From: Candidatus Magasanikiibacteriota bacterium
GTDB taxonomy: Bacteria > Patescibacteriota > Patescibacteriia > Magasanikbacterales > UBA922
Assembly: GCA_049287025.1 (NCBI GenBank)
Contig: JBAQFA010000009.1
Location: forward strand, 24,802 to 88,801
Length of the DNA: 64,000 bases
Direction: 5' to 3'
Both the position numbers and the translations under genes were made by a program. Under the pieces are notes generated by a model, which was not told the DNA's origin, made no database searches, and was given only the letters and a program-made list of their open reading frames with translations. Below are positions 48,229-58,228 of this stretch, piece by piece (position 1 is the first letter of the stretch; every line of letters begins with the position of its first letter).

Positions 48229-48256
48229 CACTCACCTCCTTGTTTACAAAGAACGT

Positions 48257-48292
48257 TGTCCAACTTTCGAGGTACATCCTCGATTGTCAGAA
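48257..48292 (-). repeat. 36-bp conserved leader repeat upstream of cassette D1 start
   Basis: gtccaactttcgaggtacatcctcgattgtcagaac; second copy at 48681-48716. Confidence 0.7.
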
Positions 48293-48385
48293 CTTCCTCC
48301 ATCTTTATACAAAAAATATTTTGGACAAAGATGGAAGGCCCGGCGCTTTGTTGACGCGCGGCCGGGCGAAGCGTGGCGGAGTGTG

Positions 48386-48652
48386 TTACTCCTTGGGTGT
48401 GGAGAGGTGGAGAAAGTGGCGGATTTTTTGCCAGAAGATTTTGTTGGCTTCTATTCCGGCTTCCTTTTTCGCTCGAGCCTCCCTGATGCCCTTGTTCCTT
48501 TCGAGGCCACACTGGGGGCAGTAGGACATGTGAGGTAAGAGTTCATTTCCACACAGGCATTGTGGAAGAGCAACTCTCTTTACACCACAATATTGACAGA
48601 ACTCTGAGTATCCCACGTGACTACACATCGGGCACAGCCTACTCTCAAGCAT
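48386..48652 (-). CDS. GC-rich double zinc-ribbon small protein (cassette D2)
   Basis: RBS ggaggaagaa + ATG 48652 (track TTG 48685); CPMCSHVGYSEFCQYCG...CPQCG. Confidence 0.55.
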   Translation of the reverse strand: MLESRLCPMCSHVGYSEFCQYCGVKRVALPQCLCGNELLPHMSYCPQCGLERNKGIREARAKKEAGIEANKIFWQKIRHFLHLSTPKE

Positions 48653-48680
48653 TTCTTCCTCCAGAGTGTAAGGAATTTCG

Positions 48681-48716
48681 TCCAACTTTCGAGGCCCATC
48701 CTCGATCGTCAGAACA
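48681..48716 (-). repeat. 36-bp conserved leader repeat upstream of cassette D2 start
   Basis: gtccaactttcgaggcccatcctcgatcgtcagaac. Confidence 0.7.
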
Positions 48717-48974
48717 AGGAATTGTAGATTATTTATGAGTAATTGTCAAGATTAAGTAGTTCAAAAATGTATATAAAATAGGCTAAAATAAGCTAAATAA
48801 TTATTAACACATATAATTTTGTCGGGATGATTTGACATATATTGTTATATATGTTATATTAGTTATGGTTTAAAACATTATTTTGTTTGCTAAAGTGGTT
48901 AATTGTAGGAAAGATTCACCCTTCGGGTATCTTCGACCTCTCCGCCAGTCGGCGGATCGGAATGAACTAAAAAA

Positions 48975-49763
48975 ATGGAAAAAAATAATTTAGAAAAATT
49001 AATAGATTTGGGTCTACAAGAAAATGAAGCCAAAATATATTTGGCTTTGTTGGAATTGGGAAAAGGCAATGTGACCGAAATTAGTCGGCGCGCAGGATTG
49101 AACCGGACGACGGGTTATGATATTTTGGAACGTCTTGGTTTACATGGTATGGTGAACCGCGCCAGAGTGGGTAGTAAAAAAATTATTTATGTGGCCGAAC
49201 CGCCATCACATTTGCGTCAGTACTTGGAAGACAAAAAACGCGCCATGGAAAGACGGATGGAAGAATTAAATGATTTGTTGCCAGATTTGCAATCACTTTA
49301 TAAAACTGATATTAAACCAGTTATAAAATTTGCCGAAGGGAAAAGTGAAATGCAAAAATTGTATTTGAATGTTTTGGATGCGAAGAGTGAAGTTTATTCA
49401 ATTCTTAATTTAAAAGGTTATGCCGAAGTTTTTGATGAACTGGGTGCTTATCAATCCAAAGAACGACATAAAAAAGGCATAAAAGAAAAAGTTTTGGCTA
49501 TAAAAAATGATACCGCTCTGTGGTGGTATAATAAAACTTATAAAAATAAAACTGCCAAGGATAAAAAGTTAACCGAATATCGCTGGCTAGAAGATGCGGA
49601 AAAGTATTCTACCGCCGGAGAAGTAAATATTTTTGATGATAAAGTAATTGGTGTATTATCCAAACCAAGTGAAAATGTGGCATTTGAAATTCAATCACAG
49701 ACATTTGCGGATTTTTTGAAATTAGTTTTTGAAATGGCGTGGAAGAATAGTGAACAAAAATAA
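48975..49763 (+). CDS. TrmB-family wHTH transcriptional regulator (paralog D)
   Basis: NEAKIYLALLELGKGNVTEISRRAGLNRTTGYDILERLGLHGMV; C-terminal domain like paralogs B/C. Confidence 0.75.
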   Translation: MEKNNLEKLIDLGLQENEAKIYLALLELGKGNVTEISRRAGLNRTTGYDILERLGLHGMVNRARVGSKKIIYVAEPPSHLRQYLEDKKRAMERRMEELNDLLPDLQSLYKTDIKPVIKFAEGKSEMQKLYLNVLDAKSEVYSILNLKGYAEVFDELGAYQSKERHKKGIKEKVLAIKNDTALWWYNKTYKNKTAKDKKLTEYRWLEDAEKYSTAGEVNIFDDKVIGVLSKPSENVAFEIQSQTFADFLKLVFEMAWKNSEQK

Positions 49764-49776
49764 AATAATAATTGTA

Positions 49777-49806
49777 CATAAATTTTACGAAAATTAAACA
49801 AAAATT
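49777..49806 (+). repeat. 28-bp direct repeat, right flank of module D
   Basis: cataaattttacgaaaattaaacaaaaatt. Confidence 0.75.
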
Positions 49807-49908
49807 TTACAAATCATTTTAACAAATTTATAAAATATTAATACAATTCTAAATATAAAAAAGATTAATTTGTTTTGTTAAATTTATTTTATTTTTAATT
49901 TAGGGGGT

Positions 49909-52900
49909 ATGAAATATAAAATGCCTGTCCGCAATGTATTTCGCATTTTAGCGAATAAAGGCGGGTCTGTCATAATATCCATATTTTTTGTTATGGGTAT
50001 TTTTTTAATTATCAATTTAGCACGATCGGAAAATACTGATATTGTGATAAATGAAATTTGCCCCACCGGTTGTGCCGTGTCTGGTCACCAGTGGATTGAA
50101 ATATATAATAAAGGGGATGTTGCGGTTGATTTGAGTGGTTGGAAATTTTGGGAAGGAGAAACAAACCATGGATTAGATATTTCATCATCTAGTTTGGAAC
50201 AAGATTTTTTAATTGAACCAGGAGAATATGCCATTATTGCCCAAAATGATTTGTATTTTTTTGAGGATCATCCAGATGTTACATCCACTATATTTGATAG
50301 TTCGTGGGGAACATTGAATAAGGGTGGGGAATTGATTGGAATGAAAGATAATAATGGTGATTTGTTAGAAGAATTTATATATAAAGCAATTAATAATTTT
50401 TCTTTAGAAAGAAAAGATGCTAATGAATTAATTACAGATGAAAATAATTGGCTAGAACATCCAGATAGTAATTCTGTGGGCCAAGTAAATTATTGGAGTG
50501 GGTACACGGATGACACAGGACACGGAGATACGGAAGATGAGGAGGACACGGAAGATGATGGAGATACAGAGGGCGATGATGAAACAACGACATCTACTCC
50601 ACCCATTGCCACTTCAACTGATGCGGTTTTAGTTATAAATGAATTTGTCAGTGATCCAGATGAAGGACAAAATGAGTGGATTGAATTATATAATATTGGC
50701 ACTTCTACTATTGATTTGGATGGTTGGACATTGTCTGATGGAGTTGGAGTGATATCTTCACCAACTGGTACGATTGATGCTAATGGATTTTTTGTGATTG
50801 AATTATCTTCAACCAAACTAAATAATTCTGGAGATATTATAATTTTAAAAAATTTAAATGAAGAAACAGTTGATCAGGTGTGTTTTGGTAATTGGATTGA
50901 AGGTTGTTTACCCGAAGCGACCAGTGCTCCAGACAAAGGCAATTCTATTGCTAGAATTGTTGACGGCGGGGATACAAATAATGATAAAAATGATTGGCAA
51001 GAAACAACTACGCTGACAAAGGGTTTAATTAATATAATTACTGCACCAGTGGTCAATCCACCGCCATCGGGTGGTGGTGGCGGAGGAGGTGGAACAGAAA
51101 TTGTTTATTATAATGCCGGGGAAATTATTATTAATGAAATTAATTCTGATCCAGGCGATGGTGAAGATGAATTTGTTGAATTGTATAATAAAACTAGTGA
51201 TAGTATTAGTTTGGACAATTGGTGGCTAGAAGATGGGAGCGAAACCAAAACAAAATTAAGTGGCAGTATTAATGCTCGTGGTTTTTTTGTAATAGAAAAA
51301 CCGAGTGGCAATCTAAACAATGCTGGAGATTTGTTAGCCTTATTTTCTCCAGATGGTAAAGAAATTGACAAAGTATCTTATGGTACATGGGATGATGGTA
51401 ATATAAATGATAACGCCCCAGCCCCAGAAGATCCATTAAGTCTAGTGCGTAAAGTGGATGGTCAGGATTCGGATAATGATTACTATGATTTTGTTTTAAC
51501 TTCATCTATTACCAAAGGCAAGAGTAATAAAATTTCTGCCGTGTTGGAAGATGGAGAAATTTTGGAACAAATAATTGGTTCTAGTAAAATTATTCTTAAT
51601 GAAATTTTTCCCAATCCAAAAGCGAGTGACAATGATGAAGAATTTATTGAATTAAAAAATATTGGAGAAGAAACAGTGAATCTAAAAGATTGGCAATTGA
51701 GTGATTCAACCGCTAGAAAATATAAAATTACCCAAGGCAGTATTCCGGCTGGTGGTTATATAGTTTTTAAACGCATTATGACGGGTATTGCTCTTAATAA
51801 TACTGGCGGGGAAGAAATAAAATTATTTTTACCTAGTGGTAGTTTGGTTGATAGTGTAAAATATTCTGGTAGTGCAGATGATAATATTTCTTATGCGCAA
51901 CTGGAAGATGGTGGTTGGAAATGGACTACAAAATTAACTCCAGGCAAGGATAATATTATTGAAGGTAAAGCAGCTTTGCCAATAATTTCGATTGATGTAG
52001 ATACAGAAGTGGCTGTAGGTGAGTCAGTGGTTTTTGATGCGTCAGACACGACTGATCCAGATGGTGAGAAGATGACTTTTGTTTGGAATTTTGGTGATGG
52101 CGAAGACGATACTGGTGATGTGGTGGAACATAGTTTTAATACCGAGGGAGTCTATACTGTAATTTTAAATGTGACAAATAAAAATGGAGCAATAGCAGAA
52201 AAGAAAATAATTATTACGGTAAAAAATAAATTAAGTTTTGTGGGTGGTTATTATCAAGCTGATGATGTAAGTAAGATTGAAATTTCAGAAATTTTACCCA
52301 ATCCTATAGGCAGTGATACTACGGAATTTGTTGAATTGTATAATCCGACTGATAAGGATATTGATTTGGGTGGAATAAAAATTGATGATGAAGAAGGTGG
52401 TTCACGTGCTTATACTATTCCAGATAAGACAATTATTCCTGCCGGTGTTTATCTAGTATTCGGTCGACAAGATACAAAACTAGCCTTGAATAATACGAGT
52501 GATTCAGTTCGTTTATTATATCCAGATGGGACAATTTTTAAAGAAGTAAGATTTGATGATGTGTCTGAAGGGGCAAGTTATATCCAAGATGAGAATGATA
52601 GTTGGCAATGGACAAGCGCAATTACTCCTGGTGAAGAAAATATTGATACTTTGGTAGTGGAAAAGGCAACTACTAGAACACTGAGTAAATCAAAAGGAAT
52701 AAAACCAATAATTAATACCACTTTGGAAAAATTGCGCGATGAAGATATTGGTGACAAAGTAAGAGTGACTGGGGTCGTGGCTGTAGAACCAGGAGTTTTG
52801 GCTTCACAGTATTTTTACATTGTCGGTTCACCAGGCGTACAGGTGTATATGTACAAAAAAGATTTCCCTGATTTAAAAGTGGGAGATAGGATTGAAATTA

Positions 52901-53469
52901 GTGGAGAAATTTCCGAGAGTTATGGTAATACCAGAATAAAATTAGCCAGCAAAGATGATATTAAAAAGATTGATCACCCGGGTGATCCAGAGCCATTGAT
53001 AGTGGAAGTGGCCGATGTGCAAGAACAGATGGAAGGCTGGCTCGTGCAAGTGAGTGGAGAAGTTACAGAAATAAAAGGTTCATATATGTATGTGGACGAT
53101 GGGACTGAGGAGGTACAAGTTTATTTTAAACGTGGAGCCAATATTAATAAAAAGATTTATCAAGTGGGGGATATAGTAAATGTAAAAGGTTTGGTGGCAC
53201 AAACAAAAGCGGGGTATCAGATTTTACCACGGTCGCAAAGTGATATAGAAAAAACAGGCGTAGCCGAAGATGCTGTGATCCAGATTGCGGCGAGTGAAGA
53301 AGAAGGAAAAAAAGAAGTAGCGGAAAAATATTTAACAGCTACGGCTGGTGGATTGACTTCACTTTTGTTTGGTTTGTTTGCCAAAGCACGAGGAAAAATG
53401 GCTTTGGGTTTTGTAAAAAAAGTTGGCGTGGTGGCAGTGGATGTCATAAAGAGGAGGACGAAAGGGTAA
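49909..53469 (+). CDS. Giant surface protein with five lamin-tail-domain (LTD) repeats, PKD domain, OB-fold-like region and C-terminal anchor
   Basis: Five repeats of the (I/L)NE(I/F)...E(F/W)(I/V)EL(Y/K)N...(I/V)(D/N)L..W.L(S/E)D motif; PKD-like VVFDASDTTDPDGEKMTFVWNFGDG; Gly8 linker; N-terminal signal anchor. Confidence 0.8.
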   Translation: MKYKMPVRNVFRILANKGGSVIISIFFVMGIFLIINLARSENTDIVINEICPTGCAVSGHQWIEIYNKGDVAVDLSGWKFWEGETNHGLDISSSSLEQDFLIEPGEYAIIAQNDLYFFEDHPDVTSTIFDSSWGTLNKGGELIGMKDNNGDLLEEFIYKAINNFSLERKDANELITDENNWLEHPDSNSVGQVNYWSGYTDDTGHGDTEDEEDTEDDGDTEGDDETTTSTPPIATSTDAVLVINEFVSDPDEGQNEWIELYNIGTSTIDLDGWTLSDGVGVISSPTGTIDANGFFVIELSSTKLNNSGDIIILKNLNEETVDQVCFGNWIEGCLPEATSAPDKGNSIARIVDGGDTNNDKNDWQETTTLTKGLINIITAPVVNPPPSGGGGGGGGTEIVYYNAGEIIINEINSDPGDGEDEFVELYNKTSDSISLDNWWLEDGSETKTKLSGSINARGFFVIEKPSGNLNNAGDLLALFSPDGKEIDKVSYGTWDDGNINDNAPAPEDPLSLVRKVDGQDSDNDYYDFVLTSSITKGKSNKISAVLEDGEILEQIIGSSKIILNEIFPNPKASDNDEEFIELKNIGEETVNLKDWQLSDSTARKYKITQGSIPAGGYIVFKRIMTGIALNNTGGEEIKLFLPSGSLVDSVKYSGSADDNISYAQLEDGGWKWTTKLTPGKDNIIEGKAALPIISIDVDTEVAVGESVVFDASDTTDPDGEKMTFVWNFGDGEDDTGDVVEHSFNTEGVYTVILNVTNKNGAIAEKKIIITVKNKLSFVGGYYQADDVSKIEISEILPNPIGSDTTEFVELYNPTDKDIDLGGIKIDDEEGGSRAYTIPDKTIIPAGVYLVFGRQDTKLALNNTSDSVRLLYPDGTIFKEVRFDDVSEGASYIQDENDSWQWTSAITPGEENIDTLVVEKATTRTLSKSKGIKPIINTTLEKLRDEDIGDKVRVTGVVAVEPGVLASQYFYIVGSPGVQVYMYKKDFPDLKVGDRIEISGEISESYGNTRIKLASKDDIKKIDHPGDPEPLIVEVADVQEQMEGWLVQVSGEVTEIKGSYMYVDDGTEEVQVYFKRGANINKKIYQVGDIVNVKGLVAQTKAGYQILPRSQSDIEKTGVAEDAVIQIAASEEEGKKEVAEKYLTATAGGLTSLLFGLFAKARGKMALGFVKKVGVVAVDVIKRRTKG

Positions 53470-53586
53470 AAAACTCACCCCCTAACCCCCTCTCTTAAAA
53501 ATAGAGGGGGGAAAAAGACAAAATCAAAAAAATTTGCTATAATGTAAACAATATACAAAATACAAATAATAATATTAAAAAATATT

Positions 53587-55317
53587 TTGTATTTTGTTAC
53601 GTGTATATTGTATTTTGTTTTTATGGACAACATTTTTCTCCAAATTTCAGTCTTAATGGGAATCACAGTTAGTATTGCACTCATAATGCGTCTGCTTCGT
53701 CAGCCATTAATTGTCGCCTATATTATAGCTGGTCTAGTAGCTGGACCATTATTTTTAAATTTGCTTGGCCACAGTGAAGAATTTTTTAATACCTTTGCCA
53801 AGTTTGGGATTGTTCTCTTGTTGTTTTTGGTAGGTTTGAGTTTGAATTTTACTTATATAAAAAGAATGGGAAAGAAAGTTGTAATTGGTGGTGGTGTTCA
53901 ATTTATTTTGACTTCAATCATTGGAGTAGGGGTGGTAATGTTGTTAGGTTTTAGTTTTCAATCATCATTATTTTTATCAATCGCAGTCGCTTTTTCTAGC
54001 ACGATTATTGTAACCAAATTGTTGGCTGACAAAAAAGATTTGGAAACAGTTTATGGTCGCTATACTATTGGCGTGTTGTTGGTCCAAGACATTATTGCGG
54101 TTTTGTTAATGGTATTTTTTAATACTCCTGATGTCCAAGGCGATATTTGGTATAAGACTTTATTTATTATTTTGAGTAAGGGCTTTATTTTGTTGAGCGT
54201 GGTTTATATCATGGCAAAATTTTTATTACCAAAATTAATGGATCGAGTGGCGCGTAATGGTGAGTTATTATTTATTTTTACGATTGCTTGGTGTTTTGGG
54301 GTGGCGAGTATAGTTTATCTGGGTGGATTTAGTATAGAGATTGGAGCGATTATTGCGGGTATTTCTCTTGGCACTTCACCATATCAACCAGAGATTAGCA
54401 GTCGACTTCGTCCTTTGCGAGATTTTTTCTTAGTATTATTTTTTATTGTGCTTGGTAGCGAATTACAATTTAGTGATATTGGTCGGGCAATTTTTCCAGC
54501 GATTATTTTATCAATGTTTATTTTAATTATTGATCCGATTATTTTATTTTTTGCCATGAGGCGGATTAATTATACTAGACGCAATTCTTTTTTGGCCAGT
54601 ATTACGGCGGCTCAGGTAAGTGAGTTTGGATTTATTATAATTTTTACGGCTAGTGGACTAGGTTATTTACAAGGGGTAGAATTGGCAGTATTAACTTTGA
54701 CCGCTCTAATCACGATTATTGTTTCTTCATATCTTATTACTTACAATGAAAAAATTTATCAATGGCTTTTACCATTTTTTATTCTTTTTGGAAAAGATAA
54801 AGCCACTATGCAAGAAGAAGTAAAAGAAACTTACCAAGTATTTGTTTTTGGTTATCATCGGATTGGTTGGAAAGTATGTGAAGCTTTGGCACGTAAAAAA
54901 ATAAAATATGCGGTGATTGATTATAACCCAGACGCGATCACTCGACTCAAACAGCGTAATATTCCAGCTTTTTTTGGTGATGTGGCTGATGTAGAATTTT
55001 TATCAGAATTGCCATTAGAAAAAGCCGATATGATTATTTCTACTATTCCTACAGCCGATGATCAAATGACTATGATAAAACATATAAGAAAGATGACTAA
55101 TAAAACGGTTATTATTGCTAATCTATATTATAATGATCATTTGGATGATTTGTATGAAGCTGGGGCTAATTATGTGATGATGCCCCACCTACTTGGTGGA
55201 CAATGGATAGCCGAAGTTTTGCATAATCATGCTTGGAGCAAATCAACTTTTGAAAAATTAAAAAAAGAACAACGAGAGGAAATGAAGTTGAGATTTACAG
55301 TAGGGGTGCATGAATAG
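53587..55317 (+). CDS. Kef-type cation:proton antiporter (CPA2) with C-terminal TrkA-N/RCK domain
   Basis: 12-13 TM segments followed by YQVFVFGYHRIGWKVCEAL Rossmann. Start may be the internal ATG 53623 (MDNIFLQ). Confidence 0.8.
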   Translation: MYFVTCILYFVFMDNIFLQISVLMGITVSIALIMRLLRQPLIVAYIIAGLVAGPLFLNLLGHSEEFFNTFAKFGIVLLLFLVGLSLNFTYIKRMGKKVVIGGGVQFILTSIIGVGVVMLLGFSFQSSLFLSIAVAFSSTIIVTKLLADKKDLETVYGRYTIGVLLVQDIIAVLLMVFFNTPDVQGDIWYKTLFIILSKGFILLSVVYIMAKFLLPKLMDRVARNGELLFIFTIAWCFGVASIVYLGGFSIEIGAIIAGISLGTSPYQPEISSRLRPLRDFFLVLFFIVLGSELQFSDIGRAIFPAIILSMFILIIDPIILFFAMRRINYTRRNSFLASITAAQVSEFGFIIIFTASGLGYLQGVELAVLTLTALITIIVSSYLITYNEKIYQWLLPFFILFGKDKATMQEEVKETYQVFVFGYHRIGWKVCEALARKKIKYAVIDYNPDAITRLKQRNIPAFFGDVADVEFLSELPLEKADMIISTIPTADDQMTMIKHIRKMTNKTVIIANLYYNDHLDDLYEAGANYVMMPHLLGGQWIAEVLHNHAWSKSTFEKLKKEQREEMKLRFTVGVHE

Positions 55318-55361
55318 AAAAGTTGTAAAGTTAAAAGTTATAAAGTTTCTAAAGTAAAAAA

Positions 55362-55391
55362 ATTACCTCTAAACATAGAGGTAATTTTTTA
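55362..55391 (+). terminator. Rho-independent terminator after kef-like gene
   Basis: attacctct-aaacat-agaggtaat + tttttt. Confidence 0.65.
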
Positions 55392-55578
55392 TTGACATTG
55401 TCGACCTGTAGATACTATACTTGAACTATATAATAATGTACTAAATAACTTGGAGTTGGTGACTAAATGGAATACTTCAGTTAAAGATTTTTGCAAACAA
55501 GAGATCAGGACTAACACACTTGCTTTTAGATAAAAAGTGGCTTAAAATAGGGTTATATAATGTTTAATCACTTAAAAT

Positions 55579-55761
55579 ATGAACTCACAAGACACTTATA
55601 GCCAAAAAGACAACCACACAGATGTTGCCGAAACACTACCAAATACTAACAACACACCAAGTGATAACCAACCAACAAACAGCCCAAACCAGCAAGTGGT
55701 GGCAAATGACGGAACTACTGTAACTTTAGGCCAAAATGGCCATTCTCATAAGACCAAATAA
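55579..55761 (+). CDS. Small low-complexity hypothetical ORF
   Basis: 60 aa, N/T/Q-rich; weak. Confidence 0.2.
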   Translation: MNSQDTYSQKDNHTDVAETLPNTNNTPSDNQPTNSPNQQVVANDGTTVTLGQNGHSHKTK

Positions 55762-55813
55762 CTATAGGGCGATTTTCATTGAACTGTAGTTAATATAATA
55801 ATACTATAGTTCT

Positions 55814-56224
55814 ATGATTGATAATCAAACAAAAGAGAAATTCATCGAATTAAGAGCACAAGGAAAAAGTTATAACACAATCTCTAAAGAGATTGGTGTA
55901 AGCAAACCCACACTTATTCAGTGGAGTAGAGAGTTTGTGGACGAAATTTCCAATCTTAAAGCAATAGAATTTGAAGATTTACAAGAAAAGTATTATATAC
56001 ACAAAAGAAAAAGAATAGAAATTTTTGGCACACAACTGGAAGCCATAAAGCAGGAACTTTCTTCAAGAGATCTAAAAACAATTTCAACTGAAAGGCTTTT
56101 GGATTTATTGGCTAAATTTACGACGGTATTGAAAGCAGAAGAAACAACTATAAACTTTACTACAAAAGTCAGTCCCGTTGATGATTATTTAGATCTATCA
56201 GTTGTAAAAAATTGGATTGGATAA
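55814..56224 (+). CDS. HTH-domain protein (transposase/terminase-small-subunit-type HTH), candidate regulator or recombination directionality factor
   Basis: KSYNTISKEIGVSKPTLIQWSREF helix-turn-helix. Confidence 0.5.
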   Translation: MIDNQTKEKFIELRAQGKSYNTISKEIGVSKPTLIQWSREFVDEISNLKAIEFEDLQEKYYIHKRKRIEIFGTQLEAIKQELSSRDLKTISTERLLDLLAKFTTVLKAEETTINFTTKVSPVDDYLDLSVVKNWIG

Positions 56225-56341
56225 AATATTACCAAAACTTTACTATTTTTTGACCGAGATATTCAAAGAAAGTATATATTGCTTTTATCTCGTTTTTATG
56301 ATAATATAGCGGTACTAAACATTCAGTAGACTTATAATTTT

Positions 56342-57085
56342 ATGAGTAATAAATATAACAAAAATTTCATTGGAAAGGTTGCTTTTCGTTTAGATTTCTC
56401 CGAAAATGTTGCAATTGGTTCATTGAAAGATCTTCATGAAGAAATAAATGATGTTTTTTCAATAAAAGAAGAAAAAGAGAGTGTGACAGGGTTTGTTCAA
56501 TTAGATTTTAAGAGCGGTGAAATGAGAAATGAAACTGAAAAAATGGCTTCTTGGTTATTTAGCAATACAGAAAAAAATAAAAGAATGGAAATAAATTCGA
56601 GATTTTTGTATTTAGAATATGATAAATACAATGAAAAAACTGAACTATTTGACGATATAAAAAATGTAGTTCAAAAATTCATATCAAAATATAATATAAA
56701 AACTTTTAATCGTATTGGTTTAAGATTTATAAACGAAATAAAGTTACAAGAAAGTGAGCAACTGGATTGGACTAAATATATTGACAAAAACCTAATTGCT
56801 AATCTTATTTTTGTTAAAGATCAAAATAAAAAATTAGCTCGTGCAATGAGTGCCTTAGTTTTCAAAGAAGAAAAAGGTGATATAAATTTTAATTTTGGTA
56901 TTTGGAATAGTGAGTATCCAAACGAGGTTAACAGAAAGGAATTTGTATTAGACTATGATTGTTTTTCAAATTTAGGAATTTCTGATGATGAAGTTTTAGA
57001 ACGCACAGAGCAGTTTCATTCATATATTGAAAAACTATTTGAAGCAAGTATAACGGAAGAATTTAGAGGATTGTTAAATAAATAA
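56342..57085 (+). CDS. Hypothetical protein, resembles sporadically distributed TIGR04255-type family
   Basis: 247 aa; ...FNRIGLRFINEI... motif recalled from that family; assignment from memory only. Confidence 0.4.
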   Translation: MSNKYNKNFIGKVAFRLDFSENVAIGSLKDLHEEINDVFSIKEEKESVTGFVQLDFKSGEMRNETEKMASWLFSNTEKNKRMEINSRFLYLEYDKYNEKTELFDDIKNVVQKFISKYNIKTFNRIGLRFINEIKLQESEQLDWTKYIDKNLIANLIFVKDQNKKLARAMSALVFKEEKGDINFNFGIWNSEYPNEVNRKEFVLDYDCFSNLGISDDEVLERTEQFHSYIEKLFEASITEEFRGLLNK

Positions 57086-57088
57086 AAT

Positions 57089-57289
57089 ATGAATAATAAT
57101 TACTCGCAACAGTCTGCCCAGACAGCAGGTTCAAATGACTCTGGTTATTTTGCAAAACAAAATAATTCTACAGTAACGAGTGATTATATAACTAAAACCA
57201 AGGAAACAGCTGAATTTGTAGTTGTTAATGGTTCAGGTTATTCACAAAGACAGGCAAGAATTGTGAAAAGTAAATATGTTAGAAAGTAA
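57089..57289 (+). CDS. Small hypothetical protein
   Basis: 66 aa; tightly packed between neighbours (overlaps next ORF by 14 nt). Confidence 0.35.
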   Translation: MNNNYSQQSAQTAGSNDSGYFAKQNNSTVTSDYITKTKETAEFVVVNGSGYSQRQARIVKSKYVRK

Positions 57290-57854
57290 TATTAAATCTT
57301 TTTATAAAAAACACAGCAAGGAGCGATTTTGCCAAGGTGATATTTTGAGAGATGTAAAAGTTTCAATTGACATTCCAATCGAATGGCAACAATCAGAGGG
57401 TAATACCACAGATTATGATTTACCGTATTGTGTTATTATGACACAAGATTGTGACTTGGATAGAGATTTCGAAAGTAAAAAAGGTGAAAAACTCACAAAC
57501 AACGACAAACATTTACCGACAATTTTAGTTTGTCCAGCATATCGTGATCTTCCTTTTTATGAGGGTAAACATCTTGTAGGCTGGAAAATGCAGGAATACA
57601 AAGGCAAGGCATTAGAAAAAATACAAAAAAACGATGAAATAAACAGGTGCCACTTTCTAAAAGGTGACAGTACCTTACAAATACCAAATCTTGTAATTGA
57701 CTTCAAACATTTCTACACATTGCCAACAAGTATACTTTATGAACAATACAACGATATTTATTTAGCAACTATAAATGAATTATTCAGAGAGAGGCTATCA
57801 CAACGTTTCGCTAATTATTTATCGAGATTTGGTTTGCCAGAATTAAAATCATAG
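57276..57854 (+). CDS. Hypothetical protein (possible nuclease-like acidic motif QDCDLDRDFESKK)
   Basis: 192 aa; translationally coupled to upstream ORF. Confidence 0.45.
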   Translation: MLESNIKSFYKKHSKERFCQGDILRDVKVSIDIPIEWQQSEGNTTDYDLPYCVIMTQDCDLDRDFESKKGEKLTNNDKHLPTILVCPAYRDLPFYEGKHLVGWKMQEYKGKALEKIQKNDEINRCHFLKGDSTLQIPNLVIDFKHFYTLPTSILYEQYNDIYLATINELFRERLSQRFANYLSRFGLPELKS

Positions 57855-58228
57855 ATAAAGATTTTATAAAATACGATAATATATAACCAGCTGATAAAGC
57901 TGGTTTATTATTGCTAAATAAACATCAGTATGGTAAAATCATAATGCTAACCCACAACTTAATATACACAAGAATGAATGAGGTTCTCCTCATCTTTTGT
58001 CCGTTTGCGACCAGAGATGGGGTAGCAACCTTCCACAAACGGGCATTCTTGTGTTCGCAAAGTGGGTTAGCAGGTATGCTATCCCTTTTTTGTTTTTAAT
58101 TTAATAAAAGATTACACAGTCTTTTACAATTTTACACAAAAATTGGACAAAATTGGACAAAAATCATTCAAGTTCATACACAAATTACGGGTTTCACATT
58201 AACCCGACTAATTATTAACATAGATTAT

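Noticed and set aside
12456-48730. GC-rich segments as assembly chimeras or contaminant DNA
   Set aside because: They recur five times in a regular arrangement with native-composition TrmB paralogs. They share conserved boundary repeats that sit in AT-rich native-like sequence. One module is flanked by 28-bp direct repeats. Chimeric joins would not produce this. Read-level confirmation is still needed.
53486-53511. Hairpin ccccctctc-ttaaaaata-gagggggg after the LTD gene as a terminator
   Set aside because: Stable stem but no U-tract on either strand, so it was not called as an intrinsic terminator.
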